Assembly: GCA_944349905.1 (NCBI GenBank)
Contig: CALVNR010000006.1
Span: forward strand, 8,573 to 72,572
Source of the DNA: an uncultured Clostridia bacterium
GTDB lineage: Bacteria > Bacillota > Clostridia > Christensenellales > UBA1242
DNA length: 64,000 nt
Direction: 5' to 3'
Under the pieces are notes generated by a model. That model had not been told where the DNA came from and did no database searches. It saw only the letters and a program-made list of their open reading frames with translations. This document shows positions 1 to 10,029 of this stretch, in pieces. Numbering within the stretch: position 1 is the first letter of the stretch; each line of letters begins with the position of its first letter. The position numbers and the translations under genes are program-made.

Positions 1-97
1 ATAAAAATGATTTTTAAAATATATTCCAAGCCTTTCTATAAATTATCTTTGTATTTTTTTTAATTTTTATTTATAAAAAAGAAAAAAATCAAAATGC

Positions 98-125
98 TTG
101 ACTTTTTTAATGCAAAATTTATAAT
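98..125 (+). promoter_or_regulatory. candidate sigma-A promoter of trpS
   Basis: TTGACT (98-103), 16-nt spacer, TATAAT (120-125), ~45 nt upstream of the trpS ATG. No T-box elements visible in the 169 nt available. Confidence 0.4.
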
Positions 126-169
126 AAAAAGTAATTTTATTTACCAAAAATTGTAAGGAGAACATAAAT

Positions 170-1225
170 ATGGAAAACATAATTATGACAGGAGACAGAC
201 CAACAGGAAATTTACACTTAGGCCACTATGTCGGCAGTTTAATAAACAGAGTTGAACTACAAAATGAAGGCAACTATAAAAAATATTATATCATGATTGC
301 AGACACACAAGCTTTGACTGACAATTCAAAAAATGTAGACAAAGTCAAAAACAACTTAATTCAAGTTGCAATTGATTATCTGTCTGTCGGACTTGACCCT
401 AACAAAGTGTGCATCTTTATACAATCAATGGTTCCAGAACTTTTTGAAATTACTGGTTACTTTATGAACCTTGTATCTGTTTCAAGACTTCAAAGAAATC
501 CTACAATTAAAGATGAAATAAAACAAAGAAATTTTGAAAAATCCTTACCAATTGGATTTTTAAACTATCCAGTTTCACAAGCTGCCGATATCTTAGCATT
601 TAATGCAAATATAATTCCTGTTGGCGAAGACCAACTTCCAGTTCTTGAACAAACAAGAGAAATTATTCATTCGTTTAATAATACGTATGGAGAAATCTTT
701 AATGATATTCAACCACTTTTGCCAAAGAAAAAAATTTGCGCAAGACTTCCTGGACTAGATGGTAAAATAAAAATGTCAAAATCTGCAGGAAATTGTATTT
801 ATCTTCGTGATGATGAAAAAACAGTAAAAGAAAAAATAATGTCTGCATATACTGATCCTAATCACATAAAAGTAAGCGACCCAGGACAAATTGAAGGAAA
901 TATTGTCTTTTCTTACCTAGATGCATTTTGTCAAGATTATCACTTTGAAAAATATCTTCCTGATTATAAAAACTTAGATGAATTAAAAGCACATTACAAA
1001 AAGGGTGGTTTAGGTGATGTTAAAGTAAAACTTTTTTTAAACAATATTATTCAAGAGCTTTTAACTCCTATTCGCCAAAAAAGAGCAGAACTTGAAAAAA
1101 ATATAGACAAGGTATACGAAATTTTATTCAAAGGTAGCGAAGAAGCAAGAGAAGAAGCTAAAAAAACTATTGAAAAAATGAAAGATGTAATTGGAATAAA
1201 TTACAAAAAATTTTTAAAAAATTAA
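170..1225 (+). CDS. trpS: tryptophan--tRNA ligase
   Basis: 351-aa ORF with class I aaRS HIGH-type motif (GNLHLGHY) and KMSKS motif. AAGGAG SD upstream. Confidence 0.93.
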   Translation: MENIIMTGDRPTGNLHLGHYVGSLINRVELQNEGNYKKYYIMIADTQALTDNSKNVDKVKNNLIQVAIDYLSVGLDPNKVCIFIQSMVPELFEITGYFMNLVSVSRLQRNPTIKDEIKQRNFEKSLPIGFLNYPVSQAADILAFNANIIPVGEDQLPVLEQTREIIHSFNNTYGEIFNDIQPLLPKKKICARLPGLDGKIKMSKSAGNCIYLRDDEKTVKEKIMSAYTDPNHIKVSDPGQIEGNIVFSYLDAFCQDYHFEKYLPDYKNLDELKAHYKKGGLGDVKVKLFLNNIIQELLTPIRQKRAELEKNIDKVYEILFKGSEEAREEAKKTIEKMKDVIGINYKKFLKN

Positions 1226-1477
1226 TTAATTAATAAAAAAATATTAAAAATTATTAAAAAAAATGTAAAAATTATTAAAAAAATAAAAAATTATTAAAAA
1301 ATGATTTAAATATTATTAATAATTATAAAAAATATATTTATAAAAATTTCTTTCCCTTTATTTTAAAAGGAAATAATTTTTTATTATTCAATTTATTAGA
1401 AAAAAATCAAACTATTTATTTTGTTTTATTTTTTATTTTTAGTTATTTTTTTTGATTTTTTTATTTTTTAAAAAATA

Positions 1478-2542
1478 TTAATTATTTTTTTTAATATTAA
1501 TTATTTTTGCATTTATTTTTTCATCAAATTCTGTGCATGTTATTATAGTTTGTGTTTTTTTTGTAAAATTAAGAAGTCTTTGTCTTCTATCATTATCAAG
1601 TTCACTAAAAACATCATCAAGCAATAATATAGGATAATGCCCTGTTCTTATTTTGTTACATTCAAGTTCGGCAAGTTTCAATGATAATGCTACTGTTCTT
1701 TGTTGACCTTGCGAGCCAAAATTTTTTACTTCGCTATCGTTAACAAACAAATTCAAATCATCTCTATGAATCCCGATAGTTGTATAACCCAGTTTAAAAT
1801 CTTTTGTTAGATTTTTCTGTAATGATTTAATCATATTGATTTTATAATTTTCGCTAAAATCACTCAAATACTCTACTTTTAAATTTTCTTTTCCATTAGA
1901 AAGATACTCGTGTGCTTTTTGTGCATAAACAGAAATTTCTTCTACAAACTTTTTCCTTTCAATAAAAATTTTTTCTGCAATTTCAGATAAAGCTCTATCC
2001 CAAATATCAATAGTTTGTTTTAGCACATCAAAGTCTTGACAAGTTTTCAATAGTTTATTTCTATTTGCAAGCACTTTTTCATATCTTGAAAGCAAATAAA
2101 AATATCTTTTATTTGTTTGTGATATTGCAATATTTAAAAACTTTCGCCTATCATCTGGACTTTCCTTTACGAGCTTTAACTCACTTGGTGAAAAAAATAC
2201 TGCATTTGTTCTTCCTAAAAGTTCGCCAACTTTTTTTAAACCTATACCATCAACCATAATAGCTTTTTTATGAATTTTATTAAAAACAATATCTATTTTT
2301 ATTTCTCTATAATCATTTTCAAACAACGCTTCAATTTTAGAACTATCTTTACCAAAATTTATAACTTCTTTTTCTTTATTTGTTCTAAAACTTTTTCCTA
2401 TAACAGCAAAAAAAATAGCTTCAAGAACATTTGTTTTTCCTTGCGCATTAGCCCCGACTAATATATTTAATTTATCATCAAATTCAAAAAATTGGTTTTC
2501 ATAAGACCTAAAATTTGATAAATGCAAATTTTTAATTTTCAT
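1478..2542 (-). CDS. recF: DNA replication/repair protein RecF
   Basis: RecF-type N-terminus MKIKNLHLSNFRSY, Walker A GANAQGKTN, C-terminal LLLDDVFSELD (Walker B/D-loop). Confidence 0.92.
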   Translation of the reverse strand: MKIKNLHLSNFRSYENQFFEFDDKLNILVGANAQGKTNVLEAIFFAVIGKSFRTNKEKEVINFGKDSSKIEALFENDYREIKIDIVFNKIHKKAIMVDGIGLKKVGELLGRTNAVFFSPSELKLVKESPDDRRKFLNIAISQTNKRYFYLLSRYEKVLANRNKLLKTCQDFDVLKQTIDIWDRALSEIAEKIFIERKKFVEEISVYAQKAHEYLSNGKENLKVEYLSDFSENYKINMIKSLQKNLTKDFKLGYTTIGIHRDDLNLFVNDSEVKNFGSQGQQRTVALSLKLAELECNKIRTGHYPILLLDDVFSELDNDRRQRLLNFTKKTQTIITCTEFDEKINAKIINIKKNN

Positions 2543-2715
2543 TGTTTTTATTATACCATATTTATATTTTTTTGTAAAATAAGTTAAATTATATAAAAAA
2601 AATTTATATTTTATTATTTTTCTCTTTAAATTATATTTTATTTGTGATATTATATTATTAAGTATTGTGTTTCAATATAATAATTTTTAAAACACAAAGT
2701 AAAAGGAAGTGCACT

Positions 2716-3543
2716 ATGGGAAAAATTATAGCGTTTGCAAATCAAAAAGGTGGTGTAGGAAAAACAACAACTTGCATAAACCTTTCTGCTTATGTTTGTG
2801 CAATGGGCAAAAAATGTTTAGTTGTAGATTTAGACCCACAAGGCAATGCAACAAGTGGATTAGGCATAGACAAAGAAAGTGATATGAAAACTGTTTATGA
2901 CTTAATTTCAGGTGATTGTCAACCAGAAGAAGTTATACAACATTCATTAATGGAAAATTTAGATGTATTGCCATCAACAGTGGATTTAGCAGGGGCAGAA
3001 ATAGAGATGGTTCAAATGCCACAAAGAGAAAAAATAATTAAACAGATACTTGATAATCTAAGGGATAGTTATGATTTCATAATGATTGACTGTCCACCAT
3101 CATTAGGATTAATTACAGTAAACGCATTAACTGCTTGTGATTCTGTGATAATTCCTATCCAATGTGAATTTTATCCACTTATGGGTATAACTCAACTTAT
3201 GAATACTATACGTCTTATAAAATTCCATCTTAATCCAAATATAGATGTTGAAGGCGTTGTAATGACAATGAAAGACAAGCGTTCAAATTTAACTAATCAA
3301 GTGAGCGATGAAATTATTAAATTCTTTGGAAAAAAAGTTTTCTTTACATATATTCCAAGAAATATTCGTCTAGCAGAAGCACCAAGTCATGGTGAACCTA
3401 TTATGATTTACGAACCAAGTTCAAAAGGTGCTGAAGCATATTTGTCTTTGGCAGAAGAATTTCTTGATAGAAACAAAGTAAAATATACACCTATTTCAAA
3501 AGATACAAAAATAAAATTAAGAGGAGATGAAAACAATGGATAA
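2716..3543 (+). CDS. soj: ParA/Soj chromosome partitioning ATPase
   Basis: Deviant Walker A NQKGGVGKTTT. Start placed at ATG 2716 behind AAAGGAAG rather than at the upstream in-frame start 2665. Confidence 0.92.
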   Translation: MGKIIAFANQKGGVGKTTTCINLSAYVCAMGKKCLVVDLDPQGNATSGLGIDKESDMKTVYDLISGDCQPEEVIQHSLMENLDVLPSTVDLAGAEIEMVQMPQREKIIKQILDNLRDSYDFIMIDCPPSLGLITVNALTACDSVIIPIQCEFYPLMGITQLMNTIRLIKFHLNPNIDVEGVVMTMKDKRSNLTNQVSDEIIKFFGKKVFFTYIPRNIRLAEAPSHGEPIMIYEPSSKGAEAYLSLAEEFLDRNKVKYTPISKDTKIKLRGDENNG

Positions 3544-4486
3544 GAAAAAAGGTTTAGGAAGGGGACTAGAATCATTATTTGCTTTCTATGATAACGAAAA
3601 AGTTGAAGAAGTTGCTGTAAAGAAACAAATCAAAGAAACGGTAAAAGGTGTAGATGAAATTGATATTAATAAAATAACACCAAACCCAAATCAACCTAGA
3701 AAGCATTTTGATGAAAATGCTTTGCAAGAGCTCGCAAACTCAATAAGTGTTCATGGCGTCATTCAACCACTAGTAGTAAATAAAATTGACGACGATAAAT
3801 ATATGATAATAGCTGGTGAAAGAAGGTGGAGAGCTTCCAAAATTGCAGGACTTGAAAAAGTTCCTGTTGTCATTAAAAATTATACTGACAAACAAATTAA
3901 AGAAATATCTATTATTGAAAACTTACAGCGCGAAGATTTAAACCCAATTGAAGCAGCACGCGCTATAAAACAATTAATGGAAGAATACAATCTTACACAA
4001 GAAGTTGTTTCTGAAAGAATTGGAAAAAGTCGTTCAAATATTGCAAACACATTAAGACTTTTATCATTATATCCAGATGTAATAAAAATGGTTGAAGAAG
4101 GAAGACTTTCTAGTGGTCACGCAAAAACATTAGTTTCGATAGATGATACTACTACTCAAATAAAACTTGCAAAACAAGCTGCTGACGGAAAAATGTCTGT
4201 TAGAAATTTGGAAAAAGCAGTTAGAAATTATTTAAACCCAAACAAACCAAAACCTACAAAAGTTTCTGAACAATCTTTGGAATTAAAAGAATTAATAATG
4301 GATATGCAAAGGGTATTTGCAACAAAAGTTTCAGCAATAGGAAATGATAATAAAGGCAGAATATATTTAGATTATTATTCAAGAGATGATTTAGACAGAA
4401 TATCAGACTTAATAGAATTATTAAAGAAAAAAGAAATTACTCTCGGAGATTTAAGAAATTATAATAAAAGACACCCAAACAACTAA
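3527..4486 (+). CDS. spo0J: ParB/Spo0J chromosome partitioning protein
   Basis: ParB box GERRWRAS plus an HTH region. Overlaps soj by 17 nt. Two parS sites lie just downstream. Confidence 0.92.
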   Translation: MKTMDKKKGLGRGLESLFAFYDNEKVEEVAVKKQIKETVKGVDEIDINKITPNPNQPRKHFDENALQELANSISVHGVIQPLVVNKIDDDKYMIIAGERRWRASKIAGLEKVPVVIKNYTDKQIKEISIIENLQREDLNPIEAARAIKQLMEEYNLTQEVVSERIGKSRSNIANTLRLLSLYPDVIKMVEEGRLSSGHAKTLVSIDDTTTQIKLAKQAADGKMSVRNLEKAVRNYLNPNKPKPTKVSEQSLELKELIMDMQRVFATKVSAIGNDNKGRIYLDYYSRDDLDRISDLIELLKKKEITLGDLRNYNKRHPNN

Positions 4487-4487
4487 A

Positions 4488-4513
4488 ATACAAGCAGTGC
4501 TTGTATTTTTTTA
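4488..4513 (+). terminator. intrinsic terminator after spo0J
   Basis: Hairpin ATACAAGC-agt-GCTTGTAT followed by a T7 run. Confidence 0.7.
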
Positions 4514-4598
4514 TAAATTTATATAATATTTTTACAATAAACACTATAATATATTTAATTCATCTATAAACAAAACGATATATAATCACATTGAAAAA

Positions 4599-4614
4599 TG
4601 TTTCACGTGAAACA
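4599..4614. promoter_or_regulatory. parS centromere site 1
   Basis: Perfect 16-bp palindrome TGTTTCACGTGAAACA, the Firmicute parS consensus. Confidence 0.9.
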
Positions 4615-4719
4615 ATTTTGATTACAAAACAAATTGTATACAGATTTTTTACTTTTTATTATAAATATTAATTATATAGCTCTTTTAAATACGAGAACAT
4701 TTCAAACAGAGCTAAAAAA

Positions 4720-4735
4720 TGTTTCACGTGAAACA
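4720..4735. promoter_or_regulatory. parS centromere site 2
   Basis: Second perfect TGTTTCACGTGAAACA, 121 bp from the first. Confidence 0.9.
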
Positions 4736-4828
4736 TTTTTTTATAATTTATTGATTGTTTTTATCAAAAATGTAATAGCGCATGAAATTAATAAGAATAT
4801 TGAATGTGTAAACTAAAATTGATAATAA

Positions 4829-4889
4829 TGAATTTAATAAAAAGCTCCATTTGTAAGATTGAATTTAATAAAAAGTTGCATTTGTAAGA
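4829..4889. repeat. tandem 30-bp direct repeat upstream of rubrerythrin
   Basis: TGAATTTAATAAAAAG(C/T)T(C/G)CATTTGTAAGA occurs twice, separated by 1 nt, ~80 nt upstream of the rbr start. Confidence 0.8.
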
Positions 4890-4970
4890 TGGACAATTTT
4901 AATTAAAATAGTATATTTAAATTATTTTGTTTTATAATGAAATTGTGTTATAATATATACGGAGGTAAAA

Positions 4971-5513
4971 ATGAAAAACTTAAAAGGAACAAAAACAGAG
5001 AAAAATCTTATGGAAGCTTTCGCAGGTGAGAGCCAAGCAAGAAACAAATACACTTATTATGCATCAGTTGCAAAGAAAGAAGGTTATGAACAAATTGCTG
5101 CTATATTTGAAGAAACAGCAAACAATGAAAAAGAACATGCAAAAATGTGGTTTAAGGAATTACATGGTGGTTCAGTTCCAAGTACAGCTGAAAATTTATT
5201 AGACGCTGCAAAAGGTGAAAATGGTGAATGGACTGAAATGTATAAAAGAATGGCAGAAGAAGCTCGTGAAGAAGGATTTGAAGAAATTGCAAAGAAATTT
5301 GAAGGTGTTGCTGCTATTGAAAAAAGACATGAAGAAAGATATAATGAATTACTTGAAAATGTAAAAAATAATACTGTATTTAAAAAGACAGAAGAAAAAG
5401 TGTGGATTTGTAGGAATTGCGGACATGTATATGTGGGCAAAGAACCACCTAAAGTTTGTCCTGTTTGCAATCATCCACAATCTTATTTCCAAATTTTAAA
5501 TGAAGAATTTTAA
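4971..5513 (+). CDS. rbr: rubrerythrin
   Basis: Ferritin-like diiron N-domain (E..H repeats) plus C-terminal rubredoxin CRNCG...CPVC. GGAGG SD. Extended -10 TGTTATAAT at 4946-4954. Confidence 0.9.
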   Translation: MKNLKGTKTEKNLMEAFAGESQARNKYTYYASVAKKEGYEQIAAIFEETANNEKEHAKMWFKELHGGSVPSTAENLLDAAKGENGEWTEMYKRMAEEAREEGFEEIAKKFEGVAAIEKRHEERYNELLENVKNNTVFKKTEEKVWICRNCGHVYVGKEPPKVCPVCNHPQSYFQILNEEF

Positions 5514-5529
5514 AATTTATAAATAAAAA

Positions 5530-5556
5530 AGCACAACTAAATGTTGTGCTTTTTTT
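5530..5556 (+). terminator. intrinsic terminator after rbr
   Basis: AGCACAAC-taaat-GTTGTGCT followed by T6. Confidence 0.75.
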
Positions 5557-5819
5557 GTTTTATTTTTATTTAATTTGCTTTAAATTATAAATAGTGCAAC
5601 AAATAAAATACATAAAAAAGAATTATGTATAATTTTGTAGATTATTTCTTGTTGACCTTTAATATTAGATTAAATGTTTTTATTATATAAATTTAAAAAA
5701 TAACAAAAAGACCATAATAACATACATAAATCGACAATATAACTTTAATTTAGTCAAAATACTATTAGGATATATTTCTTATATATTGTAAAATGTATAT
5801 GCATAAAAGGAGAAATAAA

Positions 5820-6125
5820 ATGAAATCAGATTTATTAAAAGCATTAGCTTTAAAAGCAAAAAACAGACTTATAAACAAAAACAATAAAAATCGTCAAGAT
5901 ATGGCAACTGTAAAAGTTATTGATGAAAACGATCAAGTATTTTATCAAAAGGTTAAAAACTTATTAAACAGCGATACATATTCATTAAACCCAATGAAAT
6001 TTTTAATGGATGAAAATAAATTAATGAAGCTTGATTCACTCGGAAAAGAAAAATATTTGTTTGAAACCATTGATAAATATAACAGAATTAAAAATATAAT
6101 TGAAAGAGAAAACAGCATCTGTTAA
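5820..6125 (+). CDS. hypothetical protein
   Basis: ORF with AAAGGAG SD before ATG 5820. No family recognised. Confidence 0.5.
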   Translation: MKSDLLKALALKAKNRLINKNNKNRQDMATVKVIDENDQVFYQKVKNLLNSDTYSLNPMKFLMDENKLMKLDSLGKEKYLFETIDKYNRIKNIIERENSIC

Positions 6126-6286
6126 TTTTTTTTCACAAATGTTTTTGTTATATTTTGATAACTTTTGTATTTTGTTTAAAAGGTTTTTCTAAATTATAAA
6201 ATAGTTTGTATATAAATATTGAAACTTTGTTGTAAAAAGTTTTTAAAATTGTTTCAAAAATTTTTTATATGTGATATAATGTCAGC

Positions 6287-7624
6287 ATGAATAAAACAAT
6301 TGTTTCAATATCTACTCCTTTAGGTAAAGGAGCCATAAGCATAGTAAGAATGAGTGGTGATAATTCTTTGAAAATTGCTCAATCTTTTTTTTCATCTAAA
6401 AAACTTGACTATGACAAAATTCAACCAAATTATTTATATTTAGGACATTTTAATTTTAATGATAAATGTAGTGAAAAATGTTTCATGGTTTATTTTAAAT
6501 CTCCATTTTCATATACAGGTGATGATATGGTAGAATTCCAAGTTCACGGTGGAACTATACTTACACAAAAAATAGTAGATTCTTTAATAAACAATGGTGC
6601 ATCACTTGCTCAACAAGGGGAATTTTCTCAAATTGCTTTTGAAAATGGTAAAATTAGTCTAGATGAAGCAGAAGCCATTATTGGTGAAATTAATGCTGAA
6701 AGTGAAAGCGAGTTAAAAGCTAACCTAAATTTAGCTGATGGTAAATTAAAACAAAAAATAATTGATTTACAAAACGAATTAACATCACAAATTGCTCAAA
6801 TAGAAGCTACATTAGATTATCCAGAAGAAGATTTTGAAAAATCAGTAAAAGAAAGTATATTTAATTCTATAAATGACATAAAAAAACAATTATCTTTTTT
6901 TATTGAACAATCAAACAATCTTAAATACATTAATCATGGTGTTAATGTGTCAATTGTAGGTTCTCCTAATGTGGGCAAATCTTCATTGTTAAATGCTTTA
7001 ATAGGGGAAGAAAAAGCAATAGTAACCGATATTGCTGGAACAACAAGAGATATTGTAAATGAATATTCCTACTATAAAGGAATAAAATTTAATTTTATTG
7101 ACACAGCAGGCATAAGAGATTCCAATGACACTGTAGAAAAAATAGGTATTGAAAAAAGTCAAAAAAGTATTCTATTAGCTGATATAGTTTTATGCTTAAT
7201 AGATGGAAGTAGAAAAATTGATGAATATGATGAGAAAATTATAAATCTGGTTAAAGACAAAAAACATATAATAGTTGTAAACAAAATTGATTGTGAGAGA
7301 AAATCTCAAAAATTTGATGATGAAATAGAAATTTCTGCAAAAGACGAAATAAATATAGAATTACTTAAAGAAAAAATATATAATATGGTTATAGATTCAA
7401 GTATAGATTTCAACAAAATGATGGTGGTAAATCAAAGACAAAGCGAAATATTAAAAAGTGCAGAAGAAATAACAATTGAAATATTAAATAATAAAGAAGA
7501 AAGCATGGATATTATTTCAATGCTTATAAAAAAATTATGGAATTGTCTTGGAAAAATTACTGGCGAATGTGAAAATGAATCTATTATTGATTTAATATTT
7601 TCAAAATTTTGTTTAGGTAAATAA
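6287..7624 (+). CDS. mnmE: tRNA modification GTPase MnmE
   Basis: G-domain motifs GSPNVGKSSLLNAL and DTAGIR. C-terminal C(I/L)GK tetrapeptide (FCLGK). Confidence 0.92.
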   Translation: MNKTIVSISTPLGKGAISIVRMSGDNSLKIAQSFFSSKKLDYDKIQPNYLYLGHFNFNDKCSEKCFMVYFKSPFSYTGDDMVEFQVHGGTILTQKIVDSLINNGASLAQQGEFSQIAFENGKISLDEAEAIIGEINAESESELKANLNLADGKLKQKIIDLQNELTSQIAQIEATLDYPEEDFEKSVKESIFNSINDIKKQLSFFIEQSNNLKYINHGVNVSIVGSPNVGKSSLLNALIGEEKAIVTDIAGTTRDIVNEYSYYKGIKFNFIDTAGIRDSNDTVEKIGIEKSQKSILLADIVLCLIDGSRKIDEYDEKIINLVKDKKHIIVVNKIDCERKSQKFDDEIEISAKDEINIELLKEKIYNMVIDSSIDFNKMMVVNQRQSEILKSAEEITIEILNNKEESMDIISMLIKKLWNCLGKITGECENESIIDLIFSKFCLGK

Positions 7625-7652
7625 AAAAGCTTATCAATAAGATAAGCTTTTT
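7623..7652. terminator. bidirectional terminator between convergent mnmE and jag
   Basis: AAGCTTATC-aataa-GATAAGCTT flanked by an A-run and a T-run. Confidence 0.75.
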
Positions 7653-8453
7653 TTATTCATCGCCTTTTGGAAATATAATTACTTGTCTATTAGGTTCGCT
7701 TCCTTTGCTTAAAGTTGTAACTCTATTGTCATCTTGCAATGCTGTGTGAATAATTCTTCTATCGCTTGGATTCATAGGGTCAAGTTTTATAAATCTACCT
7801 GTTTTTGCTACTTTATTTGCAAGTCTTTTTGCTGTCTCTGTAAGACTTTCCACTCTTTTTTCTCTAAAAGAACCAACATCAAGCAAAATCTTTTTTCCTT
7901 CTTTTGAACATATTTGTTTTAAAAGAGTATTTAAAGCATAAAAACCTTCTCCTCTATGACCAATAACATCACCTAAATTTTCACCTTTTACTATATAAGT
8001 AATGTATTTTTCATCTTCAAGAGTGTTTATTTCAACTTCTTTTTCTAAAACTTTAAACAAATCTGTTAAGAATTTAATTGGATCACAACTTTTTGATTTA
8101 ACTTCTTTATCAATATCAATTTCTTTGTTTTCTGTTTTTTCTTCTTTTACAGTTTCTTTAAATTCTTTATTAATTTCTTTTTCTTCTTTTTTATCTTCTT
8201 TTAAAACTTCTTTTAAAACTTCTTTTTGTTCTTTTAATATTTCTTCTTTCTTTTCTTCTTCAAGAAATTTTTTATGTTTTTCATATTTAGGTAAAGCATC
8301 TTCGCTTATTGAAACTACAACTTTTGCTTTTTTAAAAATTCCACCTTCACTTATTATTTTTATATCTACATCTTCTCTTGGTGCTTTTAATTCTAAAAGA
8401 GCATTTTCTATTGCCTTTTCAATTGTTTTTCCAGTTCCTTCAACGCTAAACAT
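7653..8453 (-). CDS. jag: Jag/KhpB RNA-binding protein (Jag_N-KH-R3H)
   Basis: Position downstream of yidC, Lys/Glu-rich linker, C-terminal R3H-like region. Start set to ATG 8453 behind GGAGGG; 8465 is an alternative. Confidence 0.85.
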   Translation of the reverse strand: MFSVEGTGKTIEKAIENALLELKAPREDVDIKIISEGGIFKKAKVVVSISEDALPKYEKHKKFLEEEKKEEILKEQKEVLKEVLKEDKKEEKEINKEFKETVKEEKTENKEIDIDKEVKSKSCDPIKFLTDLFKVLEKEVEINTLEDEKYITYIVKGENLGDVIGHRGEGFYALNTLLKQICSKEGKKILLDVGSFREKRVESLTETAKRLANKVAKTGRFIKLDPMNPSDRRIIHTALQDDNRVTTLSKGSEPNRQVIIFPKGDE

Positions 8454-8467
8454 TTTTCCCTCCATCT

Positions 8468-9784
8468 TTAAAACTTTCTTGTATAATCAATTTCAACCTT
8501 TTCTTCTACTTTTTTACTCTTTCTTTTATCAATACTATTCAAAATTAAATTTTGAAGTGGTAATGTGATTGCTGCCATTATTTGACTTATCAACATGTAT
8601 ATAGCGAAAACACTATTATAAAGCAAAGCAAAGATACCAAATATTATAGGTAATATAATTAACAACAATTTGTTTTGTTTTGTTTGATTATTTTTATTTC
8701 CAACTTTTGATGTTAAAAGCATTGTTAACACGCTTGCTAAAATACACAAAATTGGAAGTATAAAATAACCATTTGTTTTGCTTTGAGAAGATTTAAGTTG
8801 TAACATAAAAGAATTATAAATAATTTCTTCGTTTTCTTCTACGTTATTTTTTCCAACTTGTGAAACATAACCATTATAATCTACAATTGACTGATTAAAT
8901 GGAGAATCTGAAATCCAAATGTTGTCTATCCATAAAAAAGATTCTTTTGTTTCTAAATATTTTTCTTTTATTAAACTAAATGAAGATTTTTTAACTGCAT
9001 CTTCCACAGTAAATTTTATTTTTTCCTCACTTCCTTCAACAGCATCTTCTTTTAATATTTTTTCATTTAATATTTTTTCATTTAATCCATTTATTAAGTT
9101 TACAATATAAACATTAGAAGATTTTTTTACAGTTTGTATAGTTCCGTCTACATCTTCCTTAACTTCAAATGAAAAATCATTTTTGAAAGGTTCACTGTCA
9201 AGTTTTACTTTTTCTTCATCAGTTGTTTGATACATAACTATTTCATTGTTTTCATAATCAATTTCAAAACTGATATTTTCATAATTTAAAAATATATCTT
9301 GTTTTTCTGGGTTTTCTATTAAATAATTATTTGCAACATTCAAACAATTTGCATAAGCATATTTTAAAGTATCATAACTTTCACTTATTTTATAAGAACC
9401 CATTACATTTAATCCAGAAAACAAGCTGAAAAATATAGTTAAGTTTAGTATCATAAACACGAGCATTAAGAAACAACCACCCATGCTTTTTCCGTTATAT
9501 TTCTTATAAACTTCGTTTTGCTTTTGTTTTAAAAGATTTGGGTCTTTTGCATATTTTTTGTTTATTATATCAAGCTCTGGTTGCATTTGAGCTTGAACCA
9601 TTGACATCTTTTGTTGACTTCTTTTGTTAAACATGTCAATAGGTGTCCAAATAAGTTTTATTATAACAGTTAAAAAAATGATTGCCAAAACATAATTATT
9701 TGTTACATTTTCAAACGCTTTAATAATTGTTATCCAAAAACCCGATGGCTCTGCTACGGACAATAAAAAACTTACAATAGCCAT
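8468..9784 (-). CDS. yidC: membrane protein insertase YidC with large internal insert
   Basis: Operon position, multiple TM segments and the insertase motif FLWIDNIWISD. About 190 extra non-TM residues compared with ~260-aa Firmicute YidC. Confidence 0.85.
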   Translation of the reverse strand: MAIVSFLLSVAEPSGFWITIIKAFENVTNNYVLAIIFLTVIIKLIWTPIDMFNKRSQQKMSMVQAQMQPELDIINKKYAKDPNLLKQKQNEVYKKYNGKSMGGCFLMLVFMILNLTIFFSLFSGLNVMGSYKISESYDTLKYAYANCLNVANNYLIENPEKQDIFLNYENISFEIDYENNEIVMYQTTDEEKVKLDSEPFKNDFSFEVKEDVDGTIQTVKKSSNVYIVNLINGLNEKILNEKILKEDAVEGSEEKIKFTVEDAVKKSSFSLIKEKYLETKESFLWIDNIWISDSPFNQSIVDYNGYVSQVGKNNVEENEEIIYNSFMLQLKSSQSKTNGYFILPILCILASVLTMLLTSKVGNKNNQTKQNKLLLIILPIIFGIFALLYNSVFAIYMLISQIMAAITLPLQNLILNSIDKRKSKKVEEKVEIDYTRKF

Positions 9785-10029
9785 TTTTGTTCTCCTTTAA
9801 TATTTATAGGGACAGGGTCATAACCACAATTCTTATTCCAAGGAACGCATTTAAATATTCTTTTAAAACCTAAAATGCTACCTTTAAAACAACCAAAATT
9901 TTCTAAACTTTGCAAAAAATATGAGGAACAGGTTGGGGTAAATCTACAAGTATGAGGAAGAATAGGTGATATACAATATTTATAAAAATAAATAGGAATT
10001 TTAAAGAAAAATATAAAAAATTTTTTCAC
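9772..10029 (-). CDS. yidD: membrane protein insertion efficiency factor YidD
   Basis: 85 aa with the CRFTPTCSSY motif, located between rnpA and yidC. Confidence 0.88.
   Translation of the reverse strand: MKKFFIFFFKIPIYFYKYCISPILPHTCRFTPTCSSYFLQSLENFGCFKGSILGFKRIFKCVPWNKNCGYDPVPINIKGEQKWLL

Noticed and set aside
1-169. T-box leader expected upstream of trpS
   Set aside because: There is no specifier-loop or T-box (AGGGTGGNACCGCG-like) sequence and no terminator or antiterminator. A promoter sits only ~45 nt from the ATG.
1246-1302. Three copies of AAAAATTATTAAAAAA at exactly 20-bp spacing between convergent trpS and recF
   Set aside because: It is extremely low-complexity A/T sequence in a convergent spacer. 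This is most simply replication-slippage repeats, and I found no evidence of function.
4634-4816. 60-aa track ORF after spo0J
   Set aside because: It has no SD and a TTG start, and it is low complexity. It contains a parS palindrome, so it is best explained as non-coding centromere spacer.
5084-5470. Antisense 'shadow' ORFs inside well-supported genes. Examples: 5084..5470, 8002..8568, 11004..11466, 13073..13360, 19595..19936, 34469..34900, 35942..36343, 46403..46714, 46925..47299, 48044..48464 and 56009..56332.
   Set aside because: They lie opposite strongly supported CDSs and have Ser/Phe/Leu/Ile-rich low-complexity translations typical of AT-rich antisense frames. They lack SD boxes.
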